From an uncultured virus (IMG/VR IMGVR_UViG_3300028833_000080) (taxonomy: Duplodnaviria > Heunggongvirae > Uroviricota > Caudoviricetes): DNA of 64,000 nt. The stretch's first letter is position 1, and each line of letters starts with the position of its first letter. Shown piece by piece: positions 47,056 to 57,396 of this stretch. Both the position numbers and the translations under genes were made by a program. The DNA lies in the IMG/VR virus record IMGVR_UViG_3300028833_000080; one strand, written 5' to 3'. The notes below the pieces were generated by a model. The model had not been told where the DNA came from, ran no database searches, and was given only the letters and a program-made list of their open reading frames with translations.

Positions 47056-47592
47056 TTACCTTATCTGACGTCCCCCATTCGCTGCCTTAGCAAAATCTAA
47101 AACCGCTTGATATTTTTCAGGTTCAAAATTTTCAACAATAGATTGCATAGCTTCTGCATTGGCGGGAAGGTCATCTACAAATTTTTTAATAATACTTGCA
47201 ACAGATTCATTATATTCCGTTAATAAATCAGCAATACTATCAATAAATCCCTGCATCTCTGTATATAATTCTGCATTAAAATTAGATAAAAATGCGCTCA
47301 TAAAACCAGAACTTACTAATTCATCATAGAGTTTTAATTCATCTTCTCTATCTTCATCACTAAAAATTAAATTAGTAAATGAATATACTAAATTAAGATG
47401 ATAAAAAATATCTAATTTAATTGGATTATAAATCCCACCTTCCGCTGATTTCTGCAATGTAATCATCACAATATCATACATACCTTCTGCAGAAATATAA
47501 TCAGCCACCTCAATCTTCTGCCCATTAAAATCAAAAGATTTTAAATTAACAACCTTTTTTAAATTAAGGTCTTTATAATTAATATTTGCCAT
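47056..47592 (-). CDS. Putative tail assembly chaperone, 178 aa
   Basis: Acidic helical protein directly upstream of the tape measure gene. Confidence 0.55.
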   Translation of the reverse strand: MANINYKDLNLKKVVNLKSFDFNGQKIEVADYISAEGMYDIVMITLQKSAEGGIYNPIKLDIFYHLNLVYSFTNLIFSDEDREDELKLYDELVSSGFMSAFLSNFNAELYTEMQGFIDSIADLLTEYNESVASIIKKFVDDLPANAEAMQSIVENFEPEKYQAVLDFAKAANGGRQIR

Positions 47593-47627
47593 AAAAGCCT
47601 CCTTTTATTTCCTATTATACTAATTAT

Positions 47628-47656
47628 AGTATAACATAATTTTTTTATTTTGTCAA
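47628..47656 (-). promoter_or_regulatory. SigA promoter
   Basis: TTGACA-N17-TATACT with extended TG; the -35 contains the upstream stop codon. Confidence 0.8.
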
Positions 47657-48804
47657 GTTTTATTAATAGACTCAATAATAGATTTAAAAGTATCATTAAC
47701 TTCATTTTCTAATAATTCTTCCACAAAGTTACGCAAAGAACCCTTTTGAGCATCTGTAACTTTTAAATTTTTTAAATCTGCTTTTGTTACTTTTGAATTA
47801 ACAATATCTTGTGCTAAAATTTCAATCTGTTTCAAAGATAATGTAGAAGCTCCCGCAGATTTTACTGCATATTCAAGCCCCTTTTCTTCATTGCTAATAT
47901 CACCTAGCATTAAACCAGCCGCGCTATCAACTTCTGATACTAATTGCATAAAAGTATCTATATCTCGTTCTAATAAACCAGTCATTGGCGGATAATTTTT
48001 AGCTTGCAAATAATATGCTACATAAGCTTCGTTAATATCGCCTAAAGAGGAGGGAGTCATTTTAAACCATTTTCTCCCTGGACGCCATAAAACAATACTA
48101 ACTTCTTTGCCTTTTTTATTTTGTCCTTTATAAGTTTTAAAACGTCTAACTACTTCTTTATATGTAGCATCTAATCTATCAACTTCTTCAGGCGGAATCC
48201 CCGCCTCCATTTTACTAATAGTATTATTTACATCATTAGCTAATTTTTCAAGTTTAGATAATCCACCATTAAAACGCATAGTAATTTCATAAGTTTTTGA
48301 AGTAATATCTATATTTAACAAACCTTGAGCAAAAGCTTCTTTTAAAGGAACATTGAAAACACCAACTTTATTCGCGGTATTAGTTGCTAAATAAGTAAGA
48401 ATCATTTCTTGCCCTATGATTCCATTCAATAAATCTTGAAAAGCTAAACTTGCTTTATATATATTAATAATGCTTTCTCTAGTTGATTGCACTTTTTGCT
48501 CCTGTTTAATTTTTTCTCTTTGTTCTATATAGGCTTTAGAACTTTTTAATTCCGCAGTAGAACTAAAATTTTTTTTCTGTTCTTGAACATATTTTTTTTG
48601 AATTTCTAAAGCTAATTCTAAATTTTTAATATTATTTCTTTCTTGTTCTAAAATTAATAAATAATTTTTAGCAGCCTGTTTAACTTCTGTCATAGATAAT
48701 TGAACTAACTCTTGAGTAGGACGAGATGCTTCATCTAATAATTCATTAACAAGACTATTAATAGTATTATTATCTATTTGAACATCTAATTCATTATATA
48801 TCAT
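47653..48804 (-). CDS. Hypothetical protein, 383 aa
   Basis: Long ORF; N-terminal coiled coil; C-terminal GDINE..GDIS..EYAVK. Confidence 0.7.
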   Translation of the reverse strand: MIYNELDVQIDNNTINSLVNELLDEASRPTQELVQLSMTEVKQAAKNYLLILEQERNNIKNLELALEIQKKYVQEQKKNFSSTAELKSSKAYIEQREKIKQEQKVQSTRESIINIYKASLAFQDLLNGIIGQEMILTYLATNTANKVGVFNVPLKEAFAQGLLNIDITSKTYEITMRFNGGLSKLEKLANDVNNTISKMEAGIPPEEVDRLDATYKEVVRRFKTYKGQNKKGKEVSIVLWRPGRKWFKMTPSSLGDINEAYVAYYLQAKNYPPMTGLLERDIDTFMQLVSEVDSAAGLMLGDISNEEKGLEYAVKSAGASTLSLKQIEILAQDIVNSKVTKADLKNLKVTDAQKGSLRNFVEELLENEVNDTFKSIIESINKT

Positions 48805-48829
48805 AAAACATCAATCCTTTCTTTATAAC

Positions 48830-48861
48830 AAAAAAACGGGAAGCGCAAACCGCGCCTCCCG
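48830..48861 (-). terminator. Rho-independent terminator after the major tail gene
   Basis: CGGGAGGCGCG-gtt-TGCGCTTCCCG plus U7. Confidence 0.85.
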
Positions 48862-48874
48862 CATTTTATTTAAA

Positions 48875-50299
48875 TTAGTTATCTTTTGCGTTGATAACAA
48901 CGTCAAGAGATTTGCCATCTTTCTCAAGAGTGAATGTAGCAGGAGTTTCCTTAGCAACATCAGCCTTAACCCAAACAACCATGTGTCCAGCTGCAAGACC
49001 AAGTGCTTCAGCATCTGCAATATCATCTGCTCCAAGAACAGTGGTTGTACCTCTATTGATGTAAGAGATACCTTCAATTGTGTCTTCACCTGTATTGTAG
49101 TCAACTGCTACATACTTAGCAGCGCCCCAACCAGTCTTAGGCTCTACAAGAGCAAGAGAATCAGTACCACCTGCAATAGCAAGAGTTATAACCTCACCTT
49201 CAGCACCAAGTTTATTAGCTACAGAAAGCTTAGCTTGGTTAGCCTTCATATCATCAGTAAGTCCAGTAGCAGTAGCAGAAACACCAGCTACAGCAGTGTG
49301 GAAATAAGGATGATTAGGAAGATCATCATCTGCAAGAACAGGAGATTCAGGATTAGGGAACTCTTCATGTACATGAGCTTCCTCTTCACTACCAACATTA
49401 TCAGTACCAAGAACCTGAATTACACACATCTGTTTCTTAGTATGATCAAATCTTGTATAACCAGGCATAGCATCCATTACAAAATCAAAAGTAGAAGGAT
49501 CTCCACTTGCTGCCATTGTAAATGTAAATGCAGACTGCACTTTTGCTCTAGGAATGATAATCTCAGCTGCCATATCCTTACCAGAATCTTCACGTCTAAA
49601 TAATGTCTGAGCTTCAACGTAGAAGTAGCCACCAAAGCTAGAAGGCTCAATTTGAATTTCTGTTACAGCATTAGCATTGTTCATAATGAGATAAAAGTCG
49701 AGCTGAACAGAACCTGTAGCAGCATTTCCATTATCGTCTTTAACTGTAAAAGTAGCAGGGGTATTTTCATTAACCTCTACAAACTCTGCACCAGCAGCAC
49801 CAGAAATAACAACATCACTATACCAGTCAATGCCTGCACCAGAACCATCAAGTTTTGTAGCATAAGGCTGAACATCAGTTAAAGTGCAAATCTGGAAGCT
49901 AGTTGCGGTATCAAGACCTGTTTCTTCAATAAGGTCTTCAAGATCTACTGTAGCTACGCCATTTAATAAACTCTTGTTAATTGTGCAGTGAACATGAACA
50001 GGTTTCTTTTCACTAGGATTAATAAGACCAGCACCTGTTAATACCTTTAATCCCATGGGAGACATAAGAGCATCTGTAACAGTGAAAGTCATTGTCTTTT
50101 CACCTTCCCAGGCAATTAATCTAGCATAACCCTTACCACCCTGTGCATAAACAGTAGTGGTAGCTTGCTCAAGAGATGAAGTTGTAGCTGTATCAATCAT
50201 AAAAACTGGCTGATATTTCTTGAAAGTTTTAGAACCAACCTTCATAGTATCAGCTGCTTTGAAAACAACGTCCACTATTTCGCGAACACCAAACTTCAT
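48875..50299 (-). CDS. Major tail (tube) protein with C-terminal extension
   Basis: MKFGVREI..YAQGGKG..LIAWEGEK..IPRAKVQSAFTFTMAASGDPSTFDF; high-expression codon style; start at ATG 50299 after GAAGGAGG. Confidence 0.8.
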   Translation of the reverse strand: MKFGVREIVDVVFKAADTMKVGSKTFKKYQPVFMIDTATTSSLEQATTTVYAQGGKGYARLIAWEGEKTMTFTVTDALMSPMGLKVLTGAGLINPSEKKPVHVHCTINKSLLNGVATVDLEDLIEETGLDTATSFQICTLTDVQPYATKLDGSGAGIDWYSDVVISGAAGAEFVEVNENTPATFTVKDDNGNAATGSVQLDFYLIMNNANAVTEIQIEPSSFGGYFYVEAQTLFRREDSGKDMAAEIIIPRAKVQSAFTFTMAASGDPSTFDFVMDAMPGYTRFDHTKKQMCVIQVLGTDNVGSEEEAHVHEEFPNPESPVLADDDLPNHPYFHTAVAGVSATATGLTDDMKANQAKLSVANKLGAEGEVITLAIAGGTDSLALVEPKTGWGAAKYVAVDYNTGEDTIEGISYINRGTTTVLGADDIADAEALGLAAGHMVVWVKADVAKETPATFTLEKDGKSLDVVINAKDN

Positions 50300-50341
50300 A
50301 ATAATTTCCTCCTTCAAATATTTTCTAGAAAATACTGGAAT

Positions 50342-51088
50342 TTATTGATTTCCTTTTAAGGATGAATCATCATCCATCCAATTTTTAACTTCTTCTAAAT
50401 CTTGTGCTCCTGCTAATTTTTCCTTGACATAAAGATCATAGTTTTCTTTCTTAATAAATCTTTGGAATTCGTCTCTAATTTGATAAACAGTATATTGAGA
50501 TAAAGTTTCTTTACTTTTTCTCAAACCTACTGAAAGAATTGATATAAATTTATCATAAATAAATAAATTATCATCTTTTAATTCTTTTTTATTACGTTTC
50601 ATTTTTCCCTTTTTAATTTTTTCTGCTATTCGATTAGCAAGCGCATCTGCGGGATCATATTCTTCTTCACCTTCCGCCAATTGTAAACAAAACATTTGAA
50701 CTAATATTTCTTTAAAAGCATCATAATTTTGTTCATTAATACTAGATAAAGAATCATTTAATTGAAGAAGTATCTTATCTTTATCTATCTTAATCTTATA
50801 TTGTGGAAACAATAAAGCTAAGACCATAATAGCATCAGTTTTGTAATCTAAATTTTCACGACTACTCATTACTGACATAAATATTTCAAAATCGCTCTTA
50901 TCTGCTAAATTAATTTTGTCCTCATCAGATAAATTGTTTTTATCAAAATTTAAAAAATGACAACCGATATGAAAATTTTTTTCTCCTATAAAACTAATCT
51001 CTTTTAAACAAGGGGTATGAATGGTCACTCCTGCGGGCGGAAATGGAATATCTCCCCCTGTTTGCAAGAGCAATTTATCAATTTTCAT
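50342..51088 (-). CDS. Putative tail assembly/chaperone protein, 248 aa
   Basis: Neck-tail module; YTVYQIRDEF..LAGA C-terminal pattern typical of tail chaperones. Confidence 0.5.
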   Translation of the reverse strand: MKIDKLLLQTGGDIPFPPAGVTIHTPCLKEISFIGEKNFHIGCHFLNFDKNNLSDEDKINLADKSDFEIFMSVMSSRENLDYKTDAIMVLALLFPQYKIKIDKDKILLQLNDSLSSINEQNYDAFKEILVQMFCLQLAEGEEEYDPADALANRIAEKIKKGKMKRNKKELKDDNLFIYDKFISILSVGLRKSKETLSQYTVYQIRDEFQRFIKKENYDLYVKEKLAGAQDLEEVKNWMDDDSSLKGNQ

Positions 51089-51665
51089 CCTTTATTACAT
51101 CATCATTTCCATGAGTTGCAGTATACATTAAACAATAGCCAGCTAAATTTTCATCTAAAAGAAGTTCATTAGCTCCCGCAAACTTTAGTTCTCCAATACC
51201 TGATAACTTACAATTATTAAGTATTCCATCGATGTAACCCATTATTTTAATAGGACGTTGTCTAAAATCTCCAATATCCCAACACTCTGGATGACACAAA
51301 ATATCAATTTCTACTACACAATCTCTAAAATGCTCATTTCCACTTGGAATAAAATGGTCAAAAGAAATACGAATATAGCTTTTAACTTCTTCATTTTCTC
51401 CTAAAGTTAGTTTAGGACCAAAACGTAAATAACCTTTATCATGTAAATCTTGTATAGAAGTATTTTTAATTTTATCAAGATATGCTTGATTAGTCATATC
51501 ATATAAACAATCTGGGGTATTTATTAAGAGCAATCTTTTTAACATATCACTATAAGGTCTACTATCAACAAATAACTTTTTAATAATAGCCTCAGTATCT
51601 TTTTCACAAGAGAGGAAAGAAGATTCAAACTTTCCTATATAACCATTCATTCTTGAACCTCTCAT
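51078..51665 (-). CDS. Putative tail terminator/neck protein, 195 aa
   Basis: Position; IDILCHPECW..RPIKIMGYIDGILN..GIGELKF pattern. Confidence 0.55.
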   Translation of the reverse strand: MRGSRMNGYIGKFESSFLSCEKDTEAIIKKLFVDSRPYSDMLKRLLLINTPDCLYDMTNQAYLDKIKNTSIQDLHDKGYLRFGPKLTLGENEEVKSYIRISFDHFIPSGNEHFRDCVVEIDILCHPECWDIGDFRQRPIKIMGYIDGILNNCKLSGIGELKFAGANELLLDENLAGYCLMYTATHGNDDVIKDEN

Positions 51666-51692
51666 TACTTTTCTCCTTTTGTCTCCCTAAAA

Positions 51693-52649
51693 TTAAAATG
51701 ATTGAACTTGAATCTCTATATTGGCTTTGTCTTCTCCATTAACTACATAAGATAAAATAAACTTTGTTGCTTTTGAAGCTAATATATTTAATTCACATGA
51801 GCATTCATCCATTTTTATAATTTTTACTTTACTAGAGTTAACTACAAATTCACCACCAGAAATTCCAACAATAGAATAAGATAAATTCGTATCAAATACA
51901 TAACAGCGGGCGGGGCCCTCGATATGAGGTTGCATCAAATTTGGCTGAGGCTCTTCCTCTTCCCGCATATTATCTTCCATCTCATTATCGTACCATTCTT
52001 TCAAATAAACCTCCATTACATTATTAGAAGAATATTTGTCTGTAGCAACAACTTTCCATCTATGATACTCTTCTATTGTTTCGTTAGTATTTATATCTGG
52101 ATAAGTTAGTTTTATTTTTATAACATTATGTCTACTAAAATAATCAATAGTTTGACTATTTTTAGTAATAATGGCTTTCATTTTATAATTTAAATCATTC
52201 CATGCTATTCCATGTTTTGTATTCCAAACAGTGTCTGTTTCACTTGGACCAGTTAAACTAATCCAATATGGAGTTCCATCTACATCGATTTCATAATCGC
52301 ATCTAGAAATTGTTCCTCTAAAATAAGCCTCCTCAGTATGCTGTTGTAAATTAACAATCCAATGTTTCTCTGTTCTATCCCAATAAAAAACAGTTCCTTC
52401 ATCAATTCCTGATTCAAAATCTATTGAAATAACTTTTTTATCAAAATTTTCTGTTAATCTACTTGGATTAATTAAACATCTCCAATGAGTTTCATCTTCT
52501 TTTCCATGATTTAATGTAATCCATTCTGCTTGATAACTATTTCTCAATGCAGCTTTAAAAGATTTATATTTTCCAGATACTATTTGTTTATCATGGAGGT
52601 CATATCCATCATAATTGGCTCTTTGTTTCATCTTATCAAATCCTGACAA
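51693..52649 (-). CDS. Putative head closure/neck protein with C-terminal Ig-like domain, 318 aa
   Basis: Position between adaptor and tail genes; beta-rich. Confidence 0.5.
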   Translation of the reverse strand: MSGFDKMKQRANYDGYDLHDKQIVSGKYKSFKAALRNSYQAEWITLNHGKEDETHWRCLINPSRLTENFDKKVISIDFESGIDEGTVFYWDRTEKHWIVNLQQHTEEAYFRGTISRCDYEIDVDGTPYWISLTGPSETDTVWNTKHGIAWNDLNYKMKAIITKNSQTIDYFSRHNVIKIKLTYPDINTNETIEEYHRWKVVATDKYSSNNVMEVYLKEWYDNEMEDNMREEEEPQPNLMQPHIEGPARCYVFDTNLSYSIVGISGGEFVVNSSKVKIIKMDECSCELNILASKATKFILSYVVNGEDKANIEIQVQSF

Positions 52650-52667
52650 AATATACCTCCCTTCAGC

Positions 52668-52982
52668 TTATTTATCTAAACAAGCTTTTATTTCATTTAA
52701 AGTTCTTAAGCATTCAAATATAAGTTTCCTAAAAGCTAAAAAATCATCTTCTTCTGTTAAAGATAAAAGTGCTTCTAAACGACATAATAAAGAAAAAAGC
52801 TTTGGCTGATCTATCCATAAAGCTTTCATTCCTGTAATTTCTAAAATAAGATTCTGTAAAGGAGTTGCCCAATCTTCTCCTTCCTCTCGGCTAGGTAATA
52901 ATTTAAAAATTTGATTAGTAAGCCTTTCAATATTACATTTAACAGCTTCTTTATCAAATTCTACATCATACTTAAAAATCAT
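52668..52982 (-). CDS. Hypothetical neck-module protein, 104 aa
   Basis: Coupled to the upstream gene; IFKLLPSREE..FRKLIFEC. Confidence 0.6.
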   Translation of the reverse strand: MIFKYDVEFDKEAVKCNIERLTNQIFKLLPSREEGEDWATPLQNLILEITGMKALWIDQPKLFSLLCRLEALLSLTEEDDFLAFRKLIFECLRTLNEIKACLDK

Positions 52983-53587
52983 AATCTATTCCTGCCTTGC
53001 CAAAAGCTAATACGATTAATATTGTTCCCAGTTACTCCATAAGTAGTTTTAGAAACAATATCTCCCATAGTAGATTGAGCACCTTTGGAAGTAAAACGTC
53101 TTCTTTTATAAATTCTTTGTAAATGAACAGAATCTTGTTTTTGAGCATCAATAAGAACTTTTAATTTAGCCATGTGGTTAGCTTGTGAAGTAAATTTAAA
53201 ATCACTTCCGCTATATTTCTCTTTTGTGTTTTCAGTTGTATCTAACTGTTGACTTAACCACTCTATAACCATATTTAATGCTATAATATTAATTTCTTCA
53301 TCAGTTAAGATGCAATTAAAAGCGCCGCCCACCCATCCGGTGACCGGCACTTCTTTATCATTACTCTCTTTTCCTTTATAAGTTCCTAAATCTTGCCATG
53401 TTCCTAATTCATAATCAAAAATATCAAATCTAGGAAATTCAAATCTAGGAAGGGCATTAAGTAAAATATCTTGAATTATTTCAAGAGTATCAAGTTCTGT
53501 TAATTCAAGAAACATATCATCAGTTACTCTAGCCCAAAAGCTATCATATATGGTTATGAAAGAGGTACCAGCATTTAAATCTGCCAT
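52979..53587 (-). CDS. Putative head-tail adaptor, 202 aa
   Basis: Helical; FNCILTDEEINIIA..WL..DFKFTSQANH; two genes after the capsid. Confidence 0.6.
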   Translation of the reverse strand: MADLNAGTSFITIYDSFWARVTDDMFLELTELDTLEIIQDILLNALPRFEFPRFDIFDYELGTWQDLGTYKGKESNDKEVPVTGWVGGAFNCILTDEEINIIALNMVIEWLSQQLDTTENTKEKYSGSDFKFTSQANHMAKLKVLIDAQKQDSVHLQRIYKRRRFTSKGAQSTMGDIVSKTTYGVTGNNINRISFWQGRNRL

Positions 53588-53609
53588 ATAAACCTCCTTC
53601 TAAAAGAAA

Positions 53610-54188
53610 TTACTTCTTTATAATAATTTTATTTTTATCTGCGGGGGCCGCTGTTCTACGAGTAGGGGTTGAATCCTTTACTTCTTCAATCTTAACTCTA
53701 CGCTGCTTGGGAGCAGCCTCTTCCGCTTCGTTATTTTCTTCATTCATTACTTTATTAACCATAATTGCATTTGAAATATTTAAACCAGTTTTCTGACCAA
53801 GCATATCTCTCTTTTTATTATCAGGAAGTTCTTCAGTAACTGCAATATTTTTAGCGATTTCAATTGCTCCATCAGGGGCAAAATCAAGAAAATCTGCAAA
53901 TTCATCATAACTACCATCAAAAAGCACTTTTCTAATTTCTTCGTCTGTATAATAATATTCTGGCTCAACCTTCATATTCAATTGGTCTAAAGCTTCTTGG
54001 TCTTCAACAACTAAACAATGGTCTAAAAGATACCTTCCGCCATTGCTATAAGTTAAAGATTTTAAATGTGAAAAAGGAACTTTCTTAACTTCATTATACT
54101 CAAAATTAATCCAATTACCATCTATAGGATAAGAAGTACCGCCCCTATTTCTATTTCTAACAGTTACTAAATCAGTATCTTTAAGCAT
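53610..54188 (-). CDS. Hypothetical head-module protein, 192 aa
   Basis: Immediately after the major capsid gene; AAGGAG RBS. Confidence 0.65.
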   Translation of the reverse strand: MLKDTDLVTVRNRNRGGTSYPIDGNWINFEYNEVKKVPFSHLKSLTYSNGGRYLLDHCLVVEDQEALDQLNMKVEPEYYYTDEEIRKVLFDGSYDEFADFLDFAPDGAIEIAKNIAVTEELPDNKKRDMLGQKTGLNISNAIMVNKVMNEENNEAEEAAPKQRRVKIEEVKDSTPTRRTAAPADKNKIIIKK

Positions 54189-54228
54189 ATTTTTTTCTCC
54201 TTTTATCTCCTAGAAATAAAGAAATAGC

Positions 54229-54250
54229 GGGGAAGAAAAAATCTTCCCCT
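54229..54250 (-). terminator. Hairpin after the major capsid gene
   Basis: GGGGAAGA/TCTTCCCC stem followed by a T-rich stretch. Confidence 0.65.
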
Positions 54251-54273
54251 TTATCTCTTTTATGTTATAGTAA

Positions 54274-55311
54274 TTATCTATGTAAGTTACTATTCTTAAA
54301 TACACAAATAGCCTGAGAGAAGACTGCGCGAACGCCGACTTTCTTGTAAACCTGAACCTCTCTTGATCTATCATAGTTTGTGTACTCGTCAACAATTGTC
54401 TGTCCTTCAAAAGCAATCTTAACGGGCTTTTCAGCACCAGTAGGAATAATGTATGCGTAACTAGGATCAATAACCTTAGTTCCATTAGGTCCTGTCTGAT
54501 TAGCTTCCCAAGACTGAGCAAGTACAATTACCTGGTGACCTTTGTAATTAGCAAGGTAACCATTCTGCCATCTGTTATTCTTCATCTCGTTAGAAATCCA
54601 GTCACCAGACTGAGGAATCATCTGAGCTGCGAACTCAAGTGTGCAGTAAATAGTTGCATGAGCATAAGAATCAGCTTTGCTAAGCAAAGTATCAAACTTA
54701 TCTTCATTAAAACCAGCTGCAGTGTCATAGTTGTTAGGGTTAATGTTAGCAATAGCACCGTTGAGCTGTTTCTCAATCTCAATATAAATGCATTCGTCAA
54801 GACCTTCCATAACAACATCAAGAACATCTGCGAAATCTACTCTACCATCAAGGAATTCCTCGAATCCGATCTGAGCAGCACCACCAATAGCATTAGTTGT
54901 TACTTCATAACTTGCTCCATCAAGCTTAAATACTTCATAAAGACCAGCAAGACCAACCTTACCAATAAAGTTTTTAGCACGATTTCTTGAAGCAGTAGTA
55001 ATCTTCTGTGTAAAGATGGGCTTGTCACCCTGAGCGAATGTCTTAATCTCAGCAAATGAAGAATAATTCTGCATTACCTTCTGAGGAAGAACATCATCAA
55101 TAGTCTGCTCAATTAAAGCAAAAATAGTATTTTTATTCTCTCTATAAAGAGCATATGTGCCAGCAAGTTCTTTGAATTCATTTCTAAGAGCTTCCTGCAT
55201 TTCGTTATAGCTAAAATTCTTATCTCCAAAGCTATAAGCAATAGGAGCAGAAGGATTAGCTTTTGCGACAGTCTTAGCTAAAGTAAGCATATCTTTAAAT
55301 TCTAAAGCCAT
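54274..55311 (-). CDS. Major capsid protein, 345 aa
   Basis: Size and position after protease and decoration genes; biased high-expression codons; NGYLANYKGHQVIVL..KPVKIAFEG. Confidence 0.85.
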   Translation of the reverse strand: MALEFKDMLTLAKTVAKANPSAPIAYSFGDKNFSYNEMQEALRNEFKELAGTYALYRENKNTIFALIEQTIDDVLPQKVMQNYSSFAEIKTFAQGDKPIFTQKITTASRNRAKNFIGKVGLAGLYEVFKLDGASYEVTTNAIGGAAQIGFEEFLDGRVDFADVLDVVMEGLDECIYIEIEKQLNGAIANINPNNYDTAAGFNEDKFDTLLSKADSYAHATIYCTLEFAAQMIPQSGDWISNEMKNNRWQNGYLANYKGHQVIVLAQSWEANQTGPNGTKVIDPSYAYIIPTGAEKPVKIAFEGQTIVDEYTNYDRSREVQVYKKVGVRAVFSQAICVFKNSNLHR

Positions 55312-55329
55312 TTCTTTTTCCTCCTAATC

Positions 55330-55953
55330 TTAATGTACTCTCTGGAGCTTAAGTCCAGGCTGTCCATCAGGCATTGTATATACCTTTACTACAACCCAAA
55401 TCATTCCAGTTGTTGCAGTGTTATCTGTTTCAAGAACAAGTGTTTTAGAATTAGTATCCTTAACAGGAACTAACTTATCACCTACGGAATACTCAATACC
55501 AGTACCAATCTTAACCATGTTAGTTGTATAAATATCACCAACATTTGTCTTGAAAAGACGAGGAGCAATTCCGTCCATTCTATAACCATAATCTGGATGT
55601 GCGGGATTAGCAGCTACACCCTGGTTTAAAGCACCGTCACCATAACCAGCAGTAGCAAGATCAGTAGTAACATAATTGTCACCAACTCTAATCATTGCGA
55701 AATCCTTATAAGAAGTTCTCCAGAAAGGCTCATAAAGTTTAATTTCGTTAAATACAAGCATAGGTTCTGCTACACCAGTTGAATCATCTGCAGATACTTT
55801 ACCAGCGGCTTCATCATAGTACATGAATTCACCATTCTGAAGAGTAGTAACAGTAGAATCAAGAGGAAGGCTAGCATAAATCTGACCTGTTTTCTGAGCA
55901 GAAAGCTGATTAGGCTCTACCTGACCATATTTAACTCTTGTAAAATCAGCCAT
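55330..55953 (-). CDS. Putative capsid decoration protein, 207 aa
   Basis: Directly upstream of the capsid; YGQVEPNQL..LQNG..GDIYTTN..TMPDGQPGLK; same codon style as the capsid. Confidence 0.7.
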   Translation of the reverse strand: MADFTRVKYGQVEPNQLSAQKTGQIYASLPLDSTVTTLQNGEFMYYDEAAGKVSADDSTGVAEPMLVFNEIKLYEPFWRTSYKDFAMIRVGDNYVTTDLATAGYGDGALNQGVAANPAHPDYGYRMDGIAPRLFKTNVGDIYTTNMVKIGTGIEYSVGDKLVPVKDTNSKTLVLETDNTATTGMIWVVVKVYTMPDGQPGLKLQRVH

Positions 55954-55972
55954 TTATTTTTCCTCCTTGTTA

Positions 55973-57379
55973 TTATTCAGCGTTTTTAACGGCTTCAACC
56001 GCTTTCAACCAAGCAGGAAGGCTATTATCTTCTGCTTCATGAATATTGAAAGTAGTTGGAATTACTTTTTCATTTTTTGCATCTTCTTCTTCATTAAGAT
56101 TGAAATTTACTTTCTTTCTAACACAGATAACAGAAAGTTCTTTCTCAATATCATCTAAAGTATATTCAGATTTCTTTGCGATAACTTCTTTTTTATCTTC
56201 ATCAGAAAGCATATAAAAACTATTGATAAGAGCGTCTTTCTCTTTATTTTCAACTTCTAACTTAAAAGAAGTAAGATTATTATTTTCAGCCTTGAGAGAA
56301 GCATTTTCAGCTTCAAGGGCTTCATACTTTTCTTGAAGTTCTTTTACCTGTTGTTCCATAAGAGCATATTTTTCTTCTAATTCATTCTTAGAAATTTTCT
56401 TTTTCTTTTTATCTTCAGGCTCTTCTTCATCTTTAGGAAGATCTTCTATAGTATCTTCACTTTTATCATTATCTTCTAAATCAGCTTTGTCCTGTTCTTC
56501 TAAAGAAATTTCAATATTTTTTTCTTCTTCTTCAACAACAGTATCAGAGCTTTCCTCTGCGGGAGCTGCCTCTGCTTCTACCTCGATATTATCTACTATA
56601 GGTTCTGCGGGGGTAACTTCTGCTTCAGTAGAATCAGATTCAAGAACAACAAACTCTTTATTCTGTTCCATTGAGGTTCCTCCTTTATTTATTGATGTTA
56701 AACTCTTTAATTCTTCCATCATTGTAAATAATGTAGAAGTAAATTTATCACCTTTGCTAAAACTTGCGCTTACCTTGGGAGCTTCTACAGAAGCACCTTC
56801 AAAGCAAGGTTCTACATCTTCTCCTAAAATACAAAGTTTAGAAAAAATAGCGTCATTAATAATGAAAAAATCCATACCTCTATTATTGTCTGTTGACCAA
56901 TGACCTTTTAAAGTTTTTTCATCTAATTCCATTGATTGAGGACGACCTTCATTGATAACCTTTTGAGCTTCTTCATACTGATGTGTCCAAAGATATCCTT
57001 CAGACATTAAGTAAGTACGAGTAACCGTATTTCCAAACTCATCTGTATCATCAAAATCTTGGAACCAAACTTTTGCATCTGGAGCAACAAAACCATAAGG
57101 CTTTGTTAAACATTTAAATTTAACTCCATCTCCATCAATGATCATCTGATCCCCATGGTCTCTAAAATCTTCTTGGTTTTCACTATAATAACCAACAATA
57201 GGACAACCTGGGAGAGTCTGTGCCATCTGTGTGGCAACTTCTTTAGTAATATAACTACCATTGCGGTTGCCACCTAAATAAAGCACTTTAATTTCACATC
57301 TTGATGCAAAAGGACTTATTCCTTCAATATTAATAAATTCTGGAGAAGAGATTGTTGCAACACTTAATCTATTTGACAT
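55973..57379 (-). CDS. Prohead protease/scaffold protein, 468 aa
   Basis: N-terminal NRNGS..PIVG..H..GYLW..QSMEL..LCILG..PCFEGA domain plus acidic coiled-coil C-terminus. Confidence 0.75.
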   Translation of the reverse strand: MSNRLSVATISSPEFINIEGISPFASRCEIKVLYLGGNRNGSYITKEVATQMAQTLPGCPIVGYYSENQEDFRDHGDQMIIDGDGVKFKCLTKPYGFVAPDAKVWFQDFDDTDEFGNTVTRTYLMSEGYLWTHQYEEAQKVINEGRPQSMELDEKTLKGHWSTDNNRGMDFFIINDAIFSKLCILGEDVEPCFEGASVEAPKVSASFSKGDKFTSTLFTMMEELKSLTSINKGGTSMEQNKEFVVLESDSTEAEVTPAEPIVDNIEVEAEAAPAEESSDTVVEEEEKNIEISLEEQDKADLEDNDKSEDTIEDLPKDEEEPEDKKKKKISKNELEEKYALMEQQVKELQEKYEALEAENASLKAENNNLTSFKLEVENKEKDALINSFYMLSDEDKKEVIAKKSEYTLDDIEKELSVICVRKKVNFNLNEEEDAKNEKVIPTTFNIHEAEDNSLPAWLKAVEAVKNAE

Positions 57380-57396
57380 TTTTTCTCTCCTTACTA

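Noticed and set aside
48983..49882. Antisense ORFs of 206 and 76 aa opposite the major tail gene, and similar shadows at 54535-54990, 56487-56903, 12670-13053 and 18578-18913
   Set aside because: They lie fully opposite well-supported genes, lack RBSs, and have the Ser/Ile/Cys-rich composition expected from reverse-complemented biased codons.
50316..50360. Possible ninth tripartite motif upstream of the major tail gene (TAA...AAAATATT)
   Set aside because: The GGWCAA box is absent and spacing is off by one; too weak in AT-rich DNA.
54210..54527. 105-aa overlapping ORF at the capsid 3' end as a programmed frameshift extension (also 48823-49104 at the tail gene)
   Set aside because: Both run through terminator hairpins, no slippery site was identified, and the products look non-globular.
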